Made by a program: the position numbers and the translations under genes. A stretch of 64,000 bases of DNA, taken from NCBI GenBank assembly GCA_016721875.1, contig JADKHG010000008.1:24390-88389 (forward strand), read 5' to 3'. The notes under the pieces are model-generated. The model had not been told where the DNA came from. It saw only the letters and a list, made by a program, of their open reading frames with translations, and did no database searches. The number at the start of each line of letters is the position of its first letter. Positions within the stretch are counted from its first letter, which is position 1. Shown here in pieces: positions 31,007 through 40,280 of this stretch. The DNA comes from Sphingomonadales bacterium (GTDB lineage Bacteria; Pseudomonadota; Alphaproteobacteria; Sphingomonadales; Sphingomonadaceae).

Positions 31007-31111
31007 AATGTATCCTTCCAGAATATTGGATTGTTGCCGTTCGCGTAACCCACAGGTCTCGGCCTGCGTGCTGCTGTCCTAAGCCGCGCTCAAATAGGGG
31101 CAGAACCAAAC

Positions 31112-31678
31112 CTACATCCTTCTGATAGGCGGGGGGCCTTTGCGCGGCGTGCAGATCAGTTGGCCGTTGACGTTAGTTATCTCTTTGCCAACCTCGCATT
31201 GGTCCAAATTCAGCGAGCTTGGACTGTAAAACTTGTCGCCTTTTACAGGGAATTTGATGGTGCGATTGTCGTTGGAATCCGGTCGGTCGCAACTTGCCCA
31301 CAACACCGGACTGGGCGTCAATTCAACGCGGATATTTCTACAACTCGCTTTGTAGCTGCCATTGGGCGTCGCGCCGCCTTTGCCCCATGTGCCCGGCGTA
31401 GCAATGCAACCTAAAGTACCGTCCACATTTGCGATATCGCTCCGCTTTGCGCAAAAAGCAGGCTCCAAGGCCGACACGTTTAAGCCGCCATTCGTATTTT
31501 TGCACTGCGCAGTCAGCACACCACCTGAAAATTTGATATTCTGGCATGATTGCAGATAGGAACCGCGAGGTGCAGCGGTGCCAGTCGGGCTAGCTTGCGC
31601 CAGACCTAGTGTGGCAGTGAACGAAGATGCGCTGGCGAGCAATGCCAGGCTCCAGTTAATGAAATTTCGTTTTGTCAT
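31112..31678 (-). CDS. secreted CVNH (cyanovirin-N homology) domain lectin-like protein
   Basis: Start ATG 31678 with signal peptide ...TLGLAQA. Two CVNH half-repeats: GSYLQSCQNIKFSGGVLTAQCKNTNGGLNVSAL..IANVDGTLGC and GSYKASCRNIRV..LWASCD..LNLDQC..ITNVNGQLIC. Compare cyanovirin-N FSQTCYNSAIQGSVLTSTCERTNGGYNTSSIDLNSVIENVDGSLK. Confidence 0.75.
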   Translation of the reverse strand: MTKRNFINWSLALLASASSFTATLGLAQASPTGTAAPRGSYLQSCQNIKFSGGVLTAQCKNTNGGLNVSALEPAFCAKRSDIANVDGTLGCIATPGTWGKGGATPNGSYKASCRNIRVELTPSPVLWASCDRPDSNDNRTIKFPVKGDKFYSPSSLNLDQCEVGKEITNVNGQLICTPRKGPPPIRRM

Positions 31679-31817
31679 GTCAATCTCCTCCTTCGCAACG
31701 CTTGCCAATGTGCAAGACAACTTAATTCAAACGGTCATGGGAGAGGGGCAAAGGCAGGTGAAATGGCCTGGTCGGTTCACGCCATATTCGTGCCGCCGCT
31801 TACCGCCTTCCCTGTCC

Positions 31818-32675
31818 TCAGCAGCTGTTCGGCTTGCCGCTTTCCTTTTCGGCGCTGTAGTAGGCGGCGTAAAAGGCGAGGTTGCTCTTGCCTTCATTGC
31901 GCACCAGGCCGACCAGTTCGCCCGAATCCATCAGTTGGAACAGGCCATCGAGCATCTGGTCGTCTGCGCGCTGGTGCATCTTGATCTTGAGAACGCGGCC
32001 ATCAACGACACCTTCGAATTCGCCCTGTTGATAGGCGTAGCAACCGGCAACGCCATCATCGCTGTCGGTTATATTGAGCCGACCCCAGCCGTTACCGCCC
32101 ATATATTTGCCGGTAAGGTCAGGCATCGTCGCTTCCTGCGTCAGCTGCTTGCCATAGGCGTGAAAGCCGGTGAACGCGGTGTAATCGTCGCCATAATTGT
32201 TGAGTATGGTCAGCCGCACCCATTGCGCCGTCGGGCGTTCCTCGGGTTTGAAGGAAAAGGATTGGCCGTTCTTCGCCATTTTCAGCGTTCCACCCATCAC
32301 TTCTGAAAAGCCCTTGGTTGCTGAGGTTTCGGACACTTCGACAACAAAGTCCTTTGCTGATTTCGTGTCACGATTGAGCCCGGCGGTATCGAACGCAAAG
32401 CCATGGATTTCGGTTGTTTCGGCCAGTTCGAACACGAATACGCTTTCGCCTGCTTCACCTTCCCAGTCGGTCGCCGCAGAGCCATCGATAAGGTTGAGCG
32501 GACCCGCCGACATCGAGCTGATCGCGGGAAAGTCCGGATGTTCCAGAACGCGCCCGCCTGCTGCGAACGCCAGCAGATCGGGCGACCCGGATTCCTTGGC
32601 TATTGCTGGAGCCGACATTGCCGCAACGGCAAAAACGGAAAGCAGGGTTTTGCTGCGGAATGAAATTCTGGTCAT
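31818..32675 (-). CDS. secreted hypothetical protein, possible galactose-binding-like domain
   Basis: 285 aa with signal peptide ...AMSAPAIAKE. The region NLIDGSAATDWEGE...WVRLTILNNYGDDYTAFTGFHAYG weakly resembles a discoidin-type fold. Confidence 0.5.
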   Translation of the reverse strand: MTRISFRSKTLLSVFAVAAMSAPAIAKESGSPDLLAFAAGGRVLEHPDFPAISSMSAGPLNLIDGSAATDWEGEAGESVFVFELAETTEIHGFAFDTAGLNRDTKSAKDFVVEVSETSATKGFSEVMGGTLKMAKNGQSFSFKPEERPTAQWVRLTILNNYGDDYTAFTGFHAYGKQLTQEATMPDLTGKYMGGNGWGRLNITDSDDGVAGCYAYQQGEFEGVVDGRVLKIKMHQRADDQMLDGLFQLMDSGELVGLVRNEGKSNLAFYAAYYSAEKESGKPNSC

Positions 32676-32874
32676 GATAACTCCTCCATTGCTTGTGGCT
32701 TTCGAAAGCCCTCACCAAACAAGACGGGAGGTTTTGATCAAAGCGGACATTGCCGACTCAAGTTATTTCCATTGCAGAAACGAGGCGTTTCGTTAGCTTC
32801 GCTGTGGGTCGTTGGTGCGAGGGGGTCAGGCGGCAGCGCTGCTAACCGCGACGCGCAGCGAAGGCATATTGGAC

Positions 32875-35141
32875 ATGGCCGCGCCGTCGATGGAACCCGA
32901 CGCCGCAAAGCCGACAAGCTATTCATCGCTGGGCGAGGGTCAGGAGATTGGCGGTTTTACGATCGAGCACCTTATCGGCCGTGGCGGCATGGGCGAGGTG
33001 TATCTCGCCCACCGGACGTCGGCGGATTTTACGCAACTCGTTGCGCTCAAACTGCTCCGTGCCGAAGCAGCGGATCGTGGCGATGCCTTCCTGCGCGAAA
33101 GGCGGCTGCTGGCGCGGCTTGAGCATCCCGGTATCGCACGACTGATCGACGCGGGCATCGCGCCTGACGGTCGTCCCTATATGGCGATGGAATATATCGA
33201 GGGACAATCGATTGACCAATATTGCCGAGATCAACAGTGCAGTCTGGAGCAGCGGCTCGACCTGTTCCGCGATGTTTGCGATGCGGTCAGCTATGCGCAT
33301 GCAAAGCTGATCATCCACCGCGATATCAAGCCGTCGAACATCATGATCGATAAAAGCGGCAAGGTTCGCTTGCTCGATTTCGGTATCGCCAAATTGCTCG
33401 ACGATACATCGCTTGTTCCCGCGACAACCCAGGCGATGCTGACCCCCGATTATGCCGCACCCGAACAACTTGACGGCGACGAACCAACGGTGACCGCCGA
33501 TGTCTATGCGTTGGGGATTGTGTTGTACGAGCTGATTTGCGGAAAAGGACCATGGCGGCGCGACGGCGCATCGGTTCCGGCAATCATTCGGCGCGTGCTG
33601 TATGAAGACCCGGCGATGCCAAGCAAGGTAGCGGCAGAAGTCGGCGCGCCTATTCCTGCCAACAGGATTGCAGGCGACCTTGATGCCATCATCATGAAGG
33701 CCATGCGGCGCAACCCGACCGAGCGCTATAGCAGCGTGGCGGATCTAGCGACCGATGTCCGGCGACATCAGGAATTAAAGCCCGTGCATGCGCGTGACGG
33801 CTCGACACGCTATATGGTCGGACGTTTTGTTCGGCGTTACCGCTGGGCAGTCGCCGCCAGCACCGCAGCCATTGCTGCATTGTTGATCGGCGCAGGGGGA
33901 ATTGCTTGGCAGGCACGGCAGACCGCGGTCGAACGCGATATCGCGGTGGCCGAAGCGAAGCGTTCGGAAGCGATCAACAATATGCTCGGCGTTATGCTGA
34001 GCGACAGCGTGTCCGCCAATGACGGCGAAGAGGTAACCGTCAAAAAAATGCTCGACCAGACTTCGACACGGCTGGTTAACACGCTCGATTCCAGTTCGAA
34101 ATCGGGTGCGCTGATCGCAACGGTGTTCGATCTCCACCAAAGCATAGAGGATTTGGCAGGTGCCGACGCTCTGATCCAGAAAGCGCTCAAACGAAATATC
34201 GGCAAGGATGATCCAGTGGCCTTTGCCCGTTTACAGTTGCGGGCAGCGACGATTGCTGCGTCGCTCGACCGCATTGATGAAGCCGGACCATTGCTGGACA
34301 AAGTGCAGCCAATATTTCGTGCAGACCCGATGCGCTATCGCAACGAATTGCTCGATGTTAGCTTGACCCGGGCGCAGGTCCTGCGTCGCACTGGAAAGGC
34401 GGATCAGGCGTTTGCGCTTTTGGTTGAGAACCTGCCCGATGCGGAAAGGATCTTTGCCGGCAAGCCGCGCGAGTTGCTGACGATATATAATAATGTGCTG
34501 GTCAATATGGCCGAAGCCAATCGGTTCGATGCCATGGTCCCCATTTTTGGCCGCGCCGATAAATTCATCGAAACAAACGGGCTGGGTTCGACGCCCACGG
34601 CATTGGCGATCAGGCAATTGAAAGCCGTCCGTCTGATCAAGCTAAAGCAACCAGAGGCTGCCGAACCCGTACTCGAAGAGATCGTGGTAAAGCGACGCGC
34701 TGCATTTGGTGCGTCGGCAGGGTTGGGCGTTGATTTGATGCATCTTGGACGCGCCAAATTGCTGCAAGGCAAATTCGCCGAGGCCGAGCGAAATCTGGGT
34801 GAGGCCTATGGTCTGTTGCAAAATTTATCGGCCCTGCCGCGTTGCCGGCATTTGTGTCGGGATCGACGCTGATCGAAGCACAAGCCGAAAGCGGCAATGC
34901 CGCAGCAGCAAGCAGGACAATCGCAGGGCTGGAGCAGCGGTTACCACCCGCACCTCCAGGCTTCCCGCATGCGTTGTTGAAGCGGGCTAAGGCCGTTGCT
35001 TTTCTGAAAAGTGGCAAATTGGCACAAGCCAAGGCCGAAGCCGATCAATCCGAAGCGATCTTCAAGACTCTGGGTCCGCAAGCCGAACCTTATCTGCAGT
35101 CCTTCCCTGCCTTGCGCGCAAGAATCGCCAAAGGCAGTTAG
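32875..35141 (+). pseudogene. transmembrane Hanks-type Ser/Thr protein kinase with TPR-like tail, frameshifted
   Basis: GRGGMGEVYLA, HRDIKPSNIMI, DFGIAKLL, APEQ. TM WAVAASTAAIAALLIGAGGIAW with a long helical-repeat tail. The frame changes at the A4 run 34820-34823 and the last 100 codons are ORF 34842-35141. Confidence 0.85.
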
Positions 35142-35682
35142 GCCGCTTCCATCTCGTTGTGGATCCACGCCCGCGCCTGCACCCACCAGCGCCGCACGGT
35201 GCGGTCGGTAACGCCAAGGATATCGGCGGTCTCGCGTTCATCCATCCCGGCAAAGAAGCGGCAATCGACAACCTTGGCGAGGTTTGGATCGAGTTTCGAC
35301 AAATTGCCCAGCGCGTCCCCCAGCCGGACAACCTGTTCGTCTTCAGGCACTGCGGCGGCGAGTGAATCCAGACTTTGCGTGTAGCTATAGGTCGGAGCAT
35401 CGCGTTTTGATGCCAAGCGCGCGCGTGCTGCATCGATCAGGATATGGCGGATTGCGGTCGCGGCGCATCCCAGAAAATGCGACTGGCTTTCCCACGCGTC
35501 GCGTTTCCGCAACTTCATATAGGCTTCGTTGATCAGCGCGGTGGTCTGCAAGGTCTGCGGTGAACCCGCGCGATAATGCTCTCGCCGGGCGATTGCCCGC
35601 AATTCCCCATAAAGGCTTTCGATCAGCGCATCGGTAGGACCTGAATAAATTGTTTCAGGCGGAATGTCCGGTTCGATGGCAA
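35138..35682 (-). pseudogene. ECF sigma factor (TIGR02999/ECF43-like), N-terminus apparently frameshifted
   Basis: ORF 35138-35602 has region 2 (TTALINEAYMKL) and region 4 (ETADILGVTDRTVRRWWVQARAWI). There is no ATG/GTG/TTG in frame upstream. About 14 N-terminal codons (MPSNRTFRLKQFIQ) run from TTG 35682 in another frame. Adding one base at CC 35640-35641 joins them to GPTDALIESLYGELRAIA. Confidence 0.7.
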
Positions 35683-35796
35683 TTCTCCGTCTTACCCTAT
35701 GCCGGACGTTCCGACGCCCAATTTATGAAGCGGTGCCGGAATTTAGGCAAGGGGAAACGAGCGCCCAAAATAGGCCCGATTGGAAGGGAATTTGTG

Positions 35797-37548
35797 ATGA
35801 CGAATTGGAGTCGATTGCTGTCCGGTACAGCCTCCTTGGTGGTATTGGGGATGATGACGGTGCCGACGCAAAGCGTTGCAGCGCCCAAATTGCGAATTCC
35901 GGCAACGGTCCCTGCCGTCGAAGAAGCGCCGAAGCCGGTGGTTCGAACGCGCGTTCCGGCAAAGCTGGAAACCGATGAGCCCGCAAAAATTGAAAACAAC
36001 CCCCGAATTCGCAACCCTGTCGCGGCACCTTCTGACGAAGAAGCGGTGAGGGTCGATCATGCCGAGGTTACGCCAGCACCGCCTGTCCGCGTTCGCATAC
36101 CGCGGGTTGACACATCGACGCCTGCCACGTTGGAAACATCGCCCAAAATTCGTACACGCGTACCTGCACCCACCGAAGCATCACCAGAAGTCGAAAATAC
36201 CCCGCGCAGTCGTACGCGCGTGGCGACGCCCGATGTCAAAGGCGAAGAGCAGGCTCCCCGCAGGCTTTATCGCCCGGGCGACACACAGGTCGGCAGCGCG
36301 CTTCCTGTCGGGATTCCTGGCGGGACGGTCCACTCCATAGGATCGACCCAGGCGAATTGTCTGTTTCGCCCGGATGCAAATCTGAATTACAGAAAAAAGC
36401 CACCTACCCCTGGCAGCACGGCTATCCTCGAAATGGTCTGCATACGCGCGGGAGTACCGACTCTTACCGGGTTCCGCTATGACGTTCCGACCGACAAAAA
36501 TACCTCGTCTCCACTTTTGCAAGCCACGCAAATCGACAATGAGGGATTGGCATCGCTGATCACCTACGAAATCGATCCGGTTGAAACCGACCAGACAGGC
36601 AGGCAAGTATATAAGCTCGTTAGCCTTGCCAAAGGTGAGGATGGCCGTCGGACGACCTATTGCATCGATCCTGATGAAGGGCTGCAAAGGAAAGCCGGTT
36701 TTGGTGATCACGATCCGGGTATTGTCGCGACATTCTGGTGCAGCGACGGAACGACGATTTCAGAGCGTTCATTTCAAATCAACAATTGGCTGATGCCAGC
36801 CAACACCGGCAAAGTTTCATTGGGTCCACCGGTTTCTGATAGCACACAAAAGCCCAGAGAATATGGCAGCAATACAAAAGTTGTTCAATATGAAGGCAGT
36901 ACGGGAACCAGCGAAGCAGGACCGTTTCTTATGCGATCAATTATTGGCGGTGGAACCACTTATGCGACCTGCAAACTGAACGGTACCGATGCCGGCAGCC
37001 TGTATTGTACGACAGACCCCATCAATGGTGTGGTGACAACTTATCTCGCGCATAGTCTGCCAAGCGTAAGAGCGCAGATTGGCAAATTGTCGGCACCGAA
37101 ATGTTCGTCAGAAACGGCACCCGTTTATGACGACAAGCATTGGGGATATGACGGCGCGGGCGGACAACTGTCAAAATATGTCCGCTATTATGACGTCACC
37201 ACCACTGTCTGCCATACGCGAAAAATCGGATACACATTGCTCCCCGGTAAAGTTGCGGCGCAAGATCGCGGTAAGGTTAAGGGCGCTTGCTATCTTGCTT
37301 CCTGGGCGGGGATCGTGACCGAGAAAAGTGTCACAATAACCTACGGGCGCGCAGTGGAAGTAACCAAAACCGGCGAACAGGTAATTAACCCGGCCGATAG
37401 GTACGGCCCAGGGGGTATGGAAGATGTTACCAAAGAAGGCAGAACAATCGGCACGAATGGCACGTTGGACCTTAACACAGCGCTGAAAAGCAATGGTGAG
37501 CGCGTCCCGTTGCAGAATATCACCAAAGTAAATGCGCCTTGCACCTGA
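35797..37548 (+). CDS. large secreted orphan protein with degenerate Pro/Arg repeats and a Cys-containing C-terminal domain
   Basis: Start ATG 35797 (GTG 35794) behind GGAAGGG. Signal peptide ...MMTVPTQSVAAP. At least 5 copies of P-x-[IV]R-x-R-[VI]-[PA] (KLRIPA, VVRTRVPA, VRVRIPR, KIRTRVPA, SRTRVAT). 400-aa C-terminal region with about 12 Cys and no recognised domain. Confidence 0.6.
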   Translation: MTNWSRLLSGTASLVVLGMMTVPTQSVAAPKLRIPATVPAVEEAPKPVVRTRVPAKLETDEPAKIENNPRIRNPVAAPSDEEAVRVDHAEVTPAPPVRVRIPRVDTSTPATLETSPKIRTRVPAPTEASPEVENTPRSRTRVATPDVKGEEQAPRRLYRPGDTQVGSALPVGIPGGTVHSIGSTQANCLFRPDANLNYRKKPPTPGSTAILEMVCIRAGVPTLTGFRYDVPTDKNTSSPLLQATQIDNEGLASLITYEIDPVETDQTGRQVYKLVSLAKGEDGRRTTYCIDPDEGLQRKAGFGDHDPGIVATFWCSDGTTISERSFQINNWLMPANTGKVSLGPPVSDSTQKPREYGSNTKVVQYEGSTGTSEAGPFLMRSIIGGGTTYATCKLNGTDAGSLYCTTDPINGVVTTYLAHSLPSVRAQIGKLSAPKCSSETAPVYDDKHWGYDGAGGQLSKYVRYYDVTTTVCHTRKIGYTLLPGKVAAQDRGKVKGACYLASWAGIVTEKSVTITYGRAVEVTKTGEQVINPADRYGPGGMEDVTKEGRTIGTNGTLDLNTALKSNGERVPLQNITKVNAPCT

Positions 37549-37570
37549 ACCCACGAAACGGAGAATTGCG

Positions 37571-38128
37571 ATGAAAAACCTAACCCTATTGATCCTTGTT
37601 TCCACCACTACGCTGATGCTGGCTGGATGCGGCGGAACGGGTGATAGCAGCGACGCTGGCGCTTCCAACGAAGGCACGGTAGCGATCGCTGGCTGGGACG
37701 CGACCAATGCCTGCGCTTTGCTCGACAAAGATGCCGTCGGTGCCGCGTTGAACGACAAAGTGACAGAGGCGACCGTTGCCCTCGTAAATCATGCATCGGG
37801 GGCAAATGCTGCTACCTCGGAATGCACCTATATGCTGGAAAGCGGCGGCAGGGCTTCACTGATGACACGCAACTCACCTATTGCCGATAACACGGACGAA
37901 GCAATAAAATTGGCACACAACGCTACTCAGGAATCAGTTTCGGCATTCACCGACAAAAAGGTCGAGGATATACCGGGGCTTGGCAAGGCGGCCTTCTTTG
38001 TTCCCGGTATCAACCAGCTGAATGTCTTCATCGACGACAAACGCTTTGCCATCCTGACCATCAGCAGCGCCTCCAATGAAAGCGCAAAAGCAACAGCAGT
38101 GGCGCTTTTCGGGAAGATTAGGATCTGA
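37571..38128 (+). CDS. lipoprotein, unknown function
   Basis: Start ATG 37571. Lipobox LMLAGC. 185 aa. 22 nt downstream of the orphan gene. Confidence 0.65.
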   Translation: MKNLTLLILVSTTTLMLAGCGGTGDSSDAGASNEGTVAIAGWDATNACALLDKDAVGAALNDKVTEATVALVNHASGANAATSECTYMLESGGRASLMTRNSPIADNTDEAIKLAHNATQESVSAFTDKKVEDIPGLGKAAFFVPGINQLNVFIDDKRFAILTISSASNESAKATAVALFGKIRI

Positions 38129-38180
38129 TTATAATTGGTTGATGAAACGCTGTAACCGTACTGCATTTATCTCAAATCAT

Positions 38181-38212
38181 TGATCCCGATAGTAGGAATT
38201 GAACCTATAACC
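38181..38212 (-). other. tRNA 3'-end-like fragment (T arm plus acceptor strand only)
   Basis: The minus strand reads TATAGGTTCAATTCCTACTATCGGGATCA, i.e. T loop TTCAATT plus a 3' acceptor strand. No matching 5' acceptor, D arm or anticodon arm lies upstream. Confidence 0.3.
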
Positions 38213-38953
38213 TTCAGGCTCTCAGATTGCCGCATCGTCAGAATGCCGATTTATCCGCTGAACGCGCTTTGGTGGCAACGCGGTAAAGTGAGCTAAAAAT
38301 CGCGCTAATTGCCATTCGATATCAAGTTTCGGCCACTCCAAGCAGATAGCCAATTTGGGCTGCTAATGAAACGCATTTGGCGAGGTCAATGCTGGCTATG
38401 CCGACTGCCTGCATCGCACGCCAAACCGATCTTAGCCGTTTCTACAGACATCAATTCCCTCACAAATTCGTTCAACAATCATCGAGCAAGGTTTCAGAAA
38501 GCGGCCAGCAGCTGCAATAGACACGGCCAAATGAACGGCCGCTTATGATCAATCAACTGGAGCCCCCCGAACGGCCTCTTTCAGGGGCGCCGATTGGGAT
38601 TGCGGACATTCTGAAAGGTGAACTGGCACGTCCGCTGCGCGCCCTCATCGCTTTTTCTCCGAATGGCTTCGAAATCGCATCACAGACTAGGAGACAGCTT
38701 TCACGACCGGACGAGGTTCTTTCATTGTGAGAGTCCGCGCCTCCAAATTCGCGATCACATGCGGTAGCTATACGGTCTGAGAAGCGAAATAGTCGAGTCT
38801 CGAGACCGGCTCCAGAATGCGTGTTCTATGTCGTCGCGCGCGATCATGGCTGAAACGCACGATTCTGCACATGTGTTCGTCAAGATATTGCCTTCCTCCC
38901 ATGGCTTATCGCAAGGTCGCAAATGTCGTTGGCAAACCTCTGCACTATCACCG

Positions 38954-39742
38954 CTAGACCTTCGGCTTCAGGCCGATATGTAGCGCCGCGATCCCGCCCA
39001 TCAGGTTTTCGTAAGTCACATGCGCGTACACGGCATCCTGCATCATCGATTTGAACGTTACCTGGTCAGGGTGCATTTTTATCGATTCGACAAGGTAACG
39101 ATAGGGCTTACAATTCCCGACGAGGATCTGCCCAAAGGTCGGCCATAGCCTCGAATAGGCATTCGCCATCATTTGCAATGGCCTAGACGTGGGCCTTGAA
39201 AACTCGATGATCGTCAGCTGTCCACCGGGTTTTAGCACCCGCAATATCTCCCGCTGGGCTTGCTCCTTGTCTGTGAAGTTACGGATTCCATAGCCGATGG
39301 TAACGGCGTCAAAGCTATTGTCCGCAAACTGCAAATTCTCAGCGTCTGCCTGAAGAAACGTCATATTATTGGGTATGTCAGCCTTTGAAAGGCGTGCGCG
39401 CCCTGCCTTCAGCATCTGTTCGTTGATATCACTATGAACGACAATACCCTGCGGGCCGACACGTCTGCTGATCAGGCGAGACAAGTCGCCAGTGCCCGCC
39501 GCAATATCAAGCACCTTGGACCCCGGCTTGATGTTGCTCGCCTGGATCGCATACCATTTAACGAGCCGATGGGTACCCAGCGACATGACATCGTTCATCA
39601 TGTCATATTTCGCCGAAATGGCATCGAAGACCTCGGCGATCCGTTCGGCCTTTTCATCGACGCCGACCGTTTCAAACCCAAAATGCGTAGTCCGGGCACC
39701 ATCCATTTCGTTGTATTTCTTGATGGTCATTTGCATTCCCAA
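38954..39742 (-). CDS. ubiE: UbiE/MenG-type C-methyltransferase
   Basis: 262 aa. THFGFETV, SAM motif VLDIAAGTGDL, LKPGGQLTIIEFS. Looks AT-richer than the core genes. Confidence 0.8.
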   Translation of the reverse strand: MGMQMTIKKYNEMDGARTTHFGFETVGVDEKAERIAEVFDAISAKYDMMNDVMSLGTHRLVKWYAIQASNIKPGSKVLDIAAGTGDLSRLISRRVGPQGIVVHSDINEQMLKAGRARLSKADIPNNMTFLQADAENLQFADNSFDAVTIGYGIRNFTDKEQAQREILRVLKPGGQLTIIEFSRPTSRPLQMMANAYSRLWPTFGQILVGNCKPYRYLVESIKMHPDQVTFKSMMQDAVYAHVTYENLMGGIAALHIGLKPKV

Positions 39743-39776
39743 TCGACCTCTTTCGTTCCAGTATTCCCAACAGGTG

Positions 39777-40169
39777 TCAGTTGAAGAGCTGGACCAAAAT
39801 CAGCGCGCCGCCGCCCCAGGCACCGAACCAAGCGAGTGTCCGGAAGTATTTCACGCCCGCGACATAGGCACCCAGGTGGATCACTCTCCCCCAGAAGAAG
39901 ATGGAAGCCCCCAGAGCGGTCTCCGCGTTGGCGCTGCCCGAGATTTGCGCAGCCAGCACCAGAATTGCGAAAGGTATAAGGTTTTCAACCAGATTGGCAT
40001 GGGCCTGAACCGCCCTTTGCGTCCACGCCGGAACATCCAGCGGGGTCTCGCGATTGCCGGCTGCCCATGCAAATCCTCCGGGCTGCATGAAGCGACCCGC
40101 GCCGTATATGAGGGGGATGCCAAGGCACAGCAGCGCAGTGGCGACAAGCATGAAAACATCTTTGGTCAT
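39777..40169 (-). CDS. MAPEG family membrane protein
   Basis: 130 aa, 4 TM. Start ATG 40169 inside ORF 39777-40661. Confidence 0.65.
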   Translation of the reverse strand: MTKDVFMLVATALLCLGIPLIYGAGRFMQPGGFAWAAGNRETPLDVPAWTQRAVQAHANLVENLIPFAILVLAAQISGSANAETALGASIFFWGRVIHLGAYVAGVKYFRTLAWFGAWGGGALILVQLFN

Positions 40170-40280
40170 TCTGACGAGTCCTGTAGAAATCGATATGTCC
40201 TGCAAGCTCGCGCTTCTCGCAAACCCCGACCCGCGCCAGTCCTGCACTGGCGTGGCGGATAAGAATAGAATTGAAACGAC

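Noticed and set aside
35603-35796. ECF-type promoter motifs (GGAAT ... CGT) in the divergent region between the sigma gene and the orphan secreted gene.
   Set aside because: GGAAT occurs at 35661 and near 35738, but the spacings to CGT-like elements (about 22 and about 15 nt) do not fit the usual 16-17 nt. The ECF43 consensus is not known to me, so I make no call.
38181-38290. A complete tRNA gene on the minus strand around the GGTTCAATTCC T-loop.
   Set aside because: There is no 5' acceptor strand complementary to TATCGGG. No D arm or 5-bp/7-nt anticodon arm could be built from the upstream 90 nt. Only a 3' fragment is supportable.
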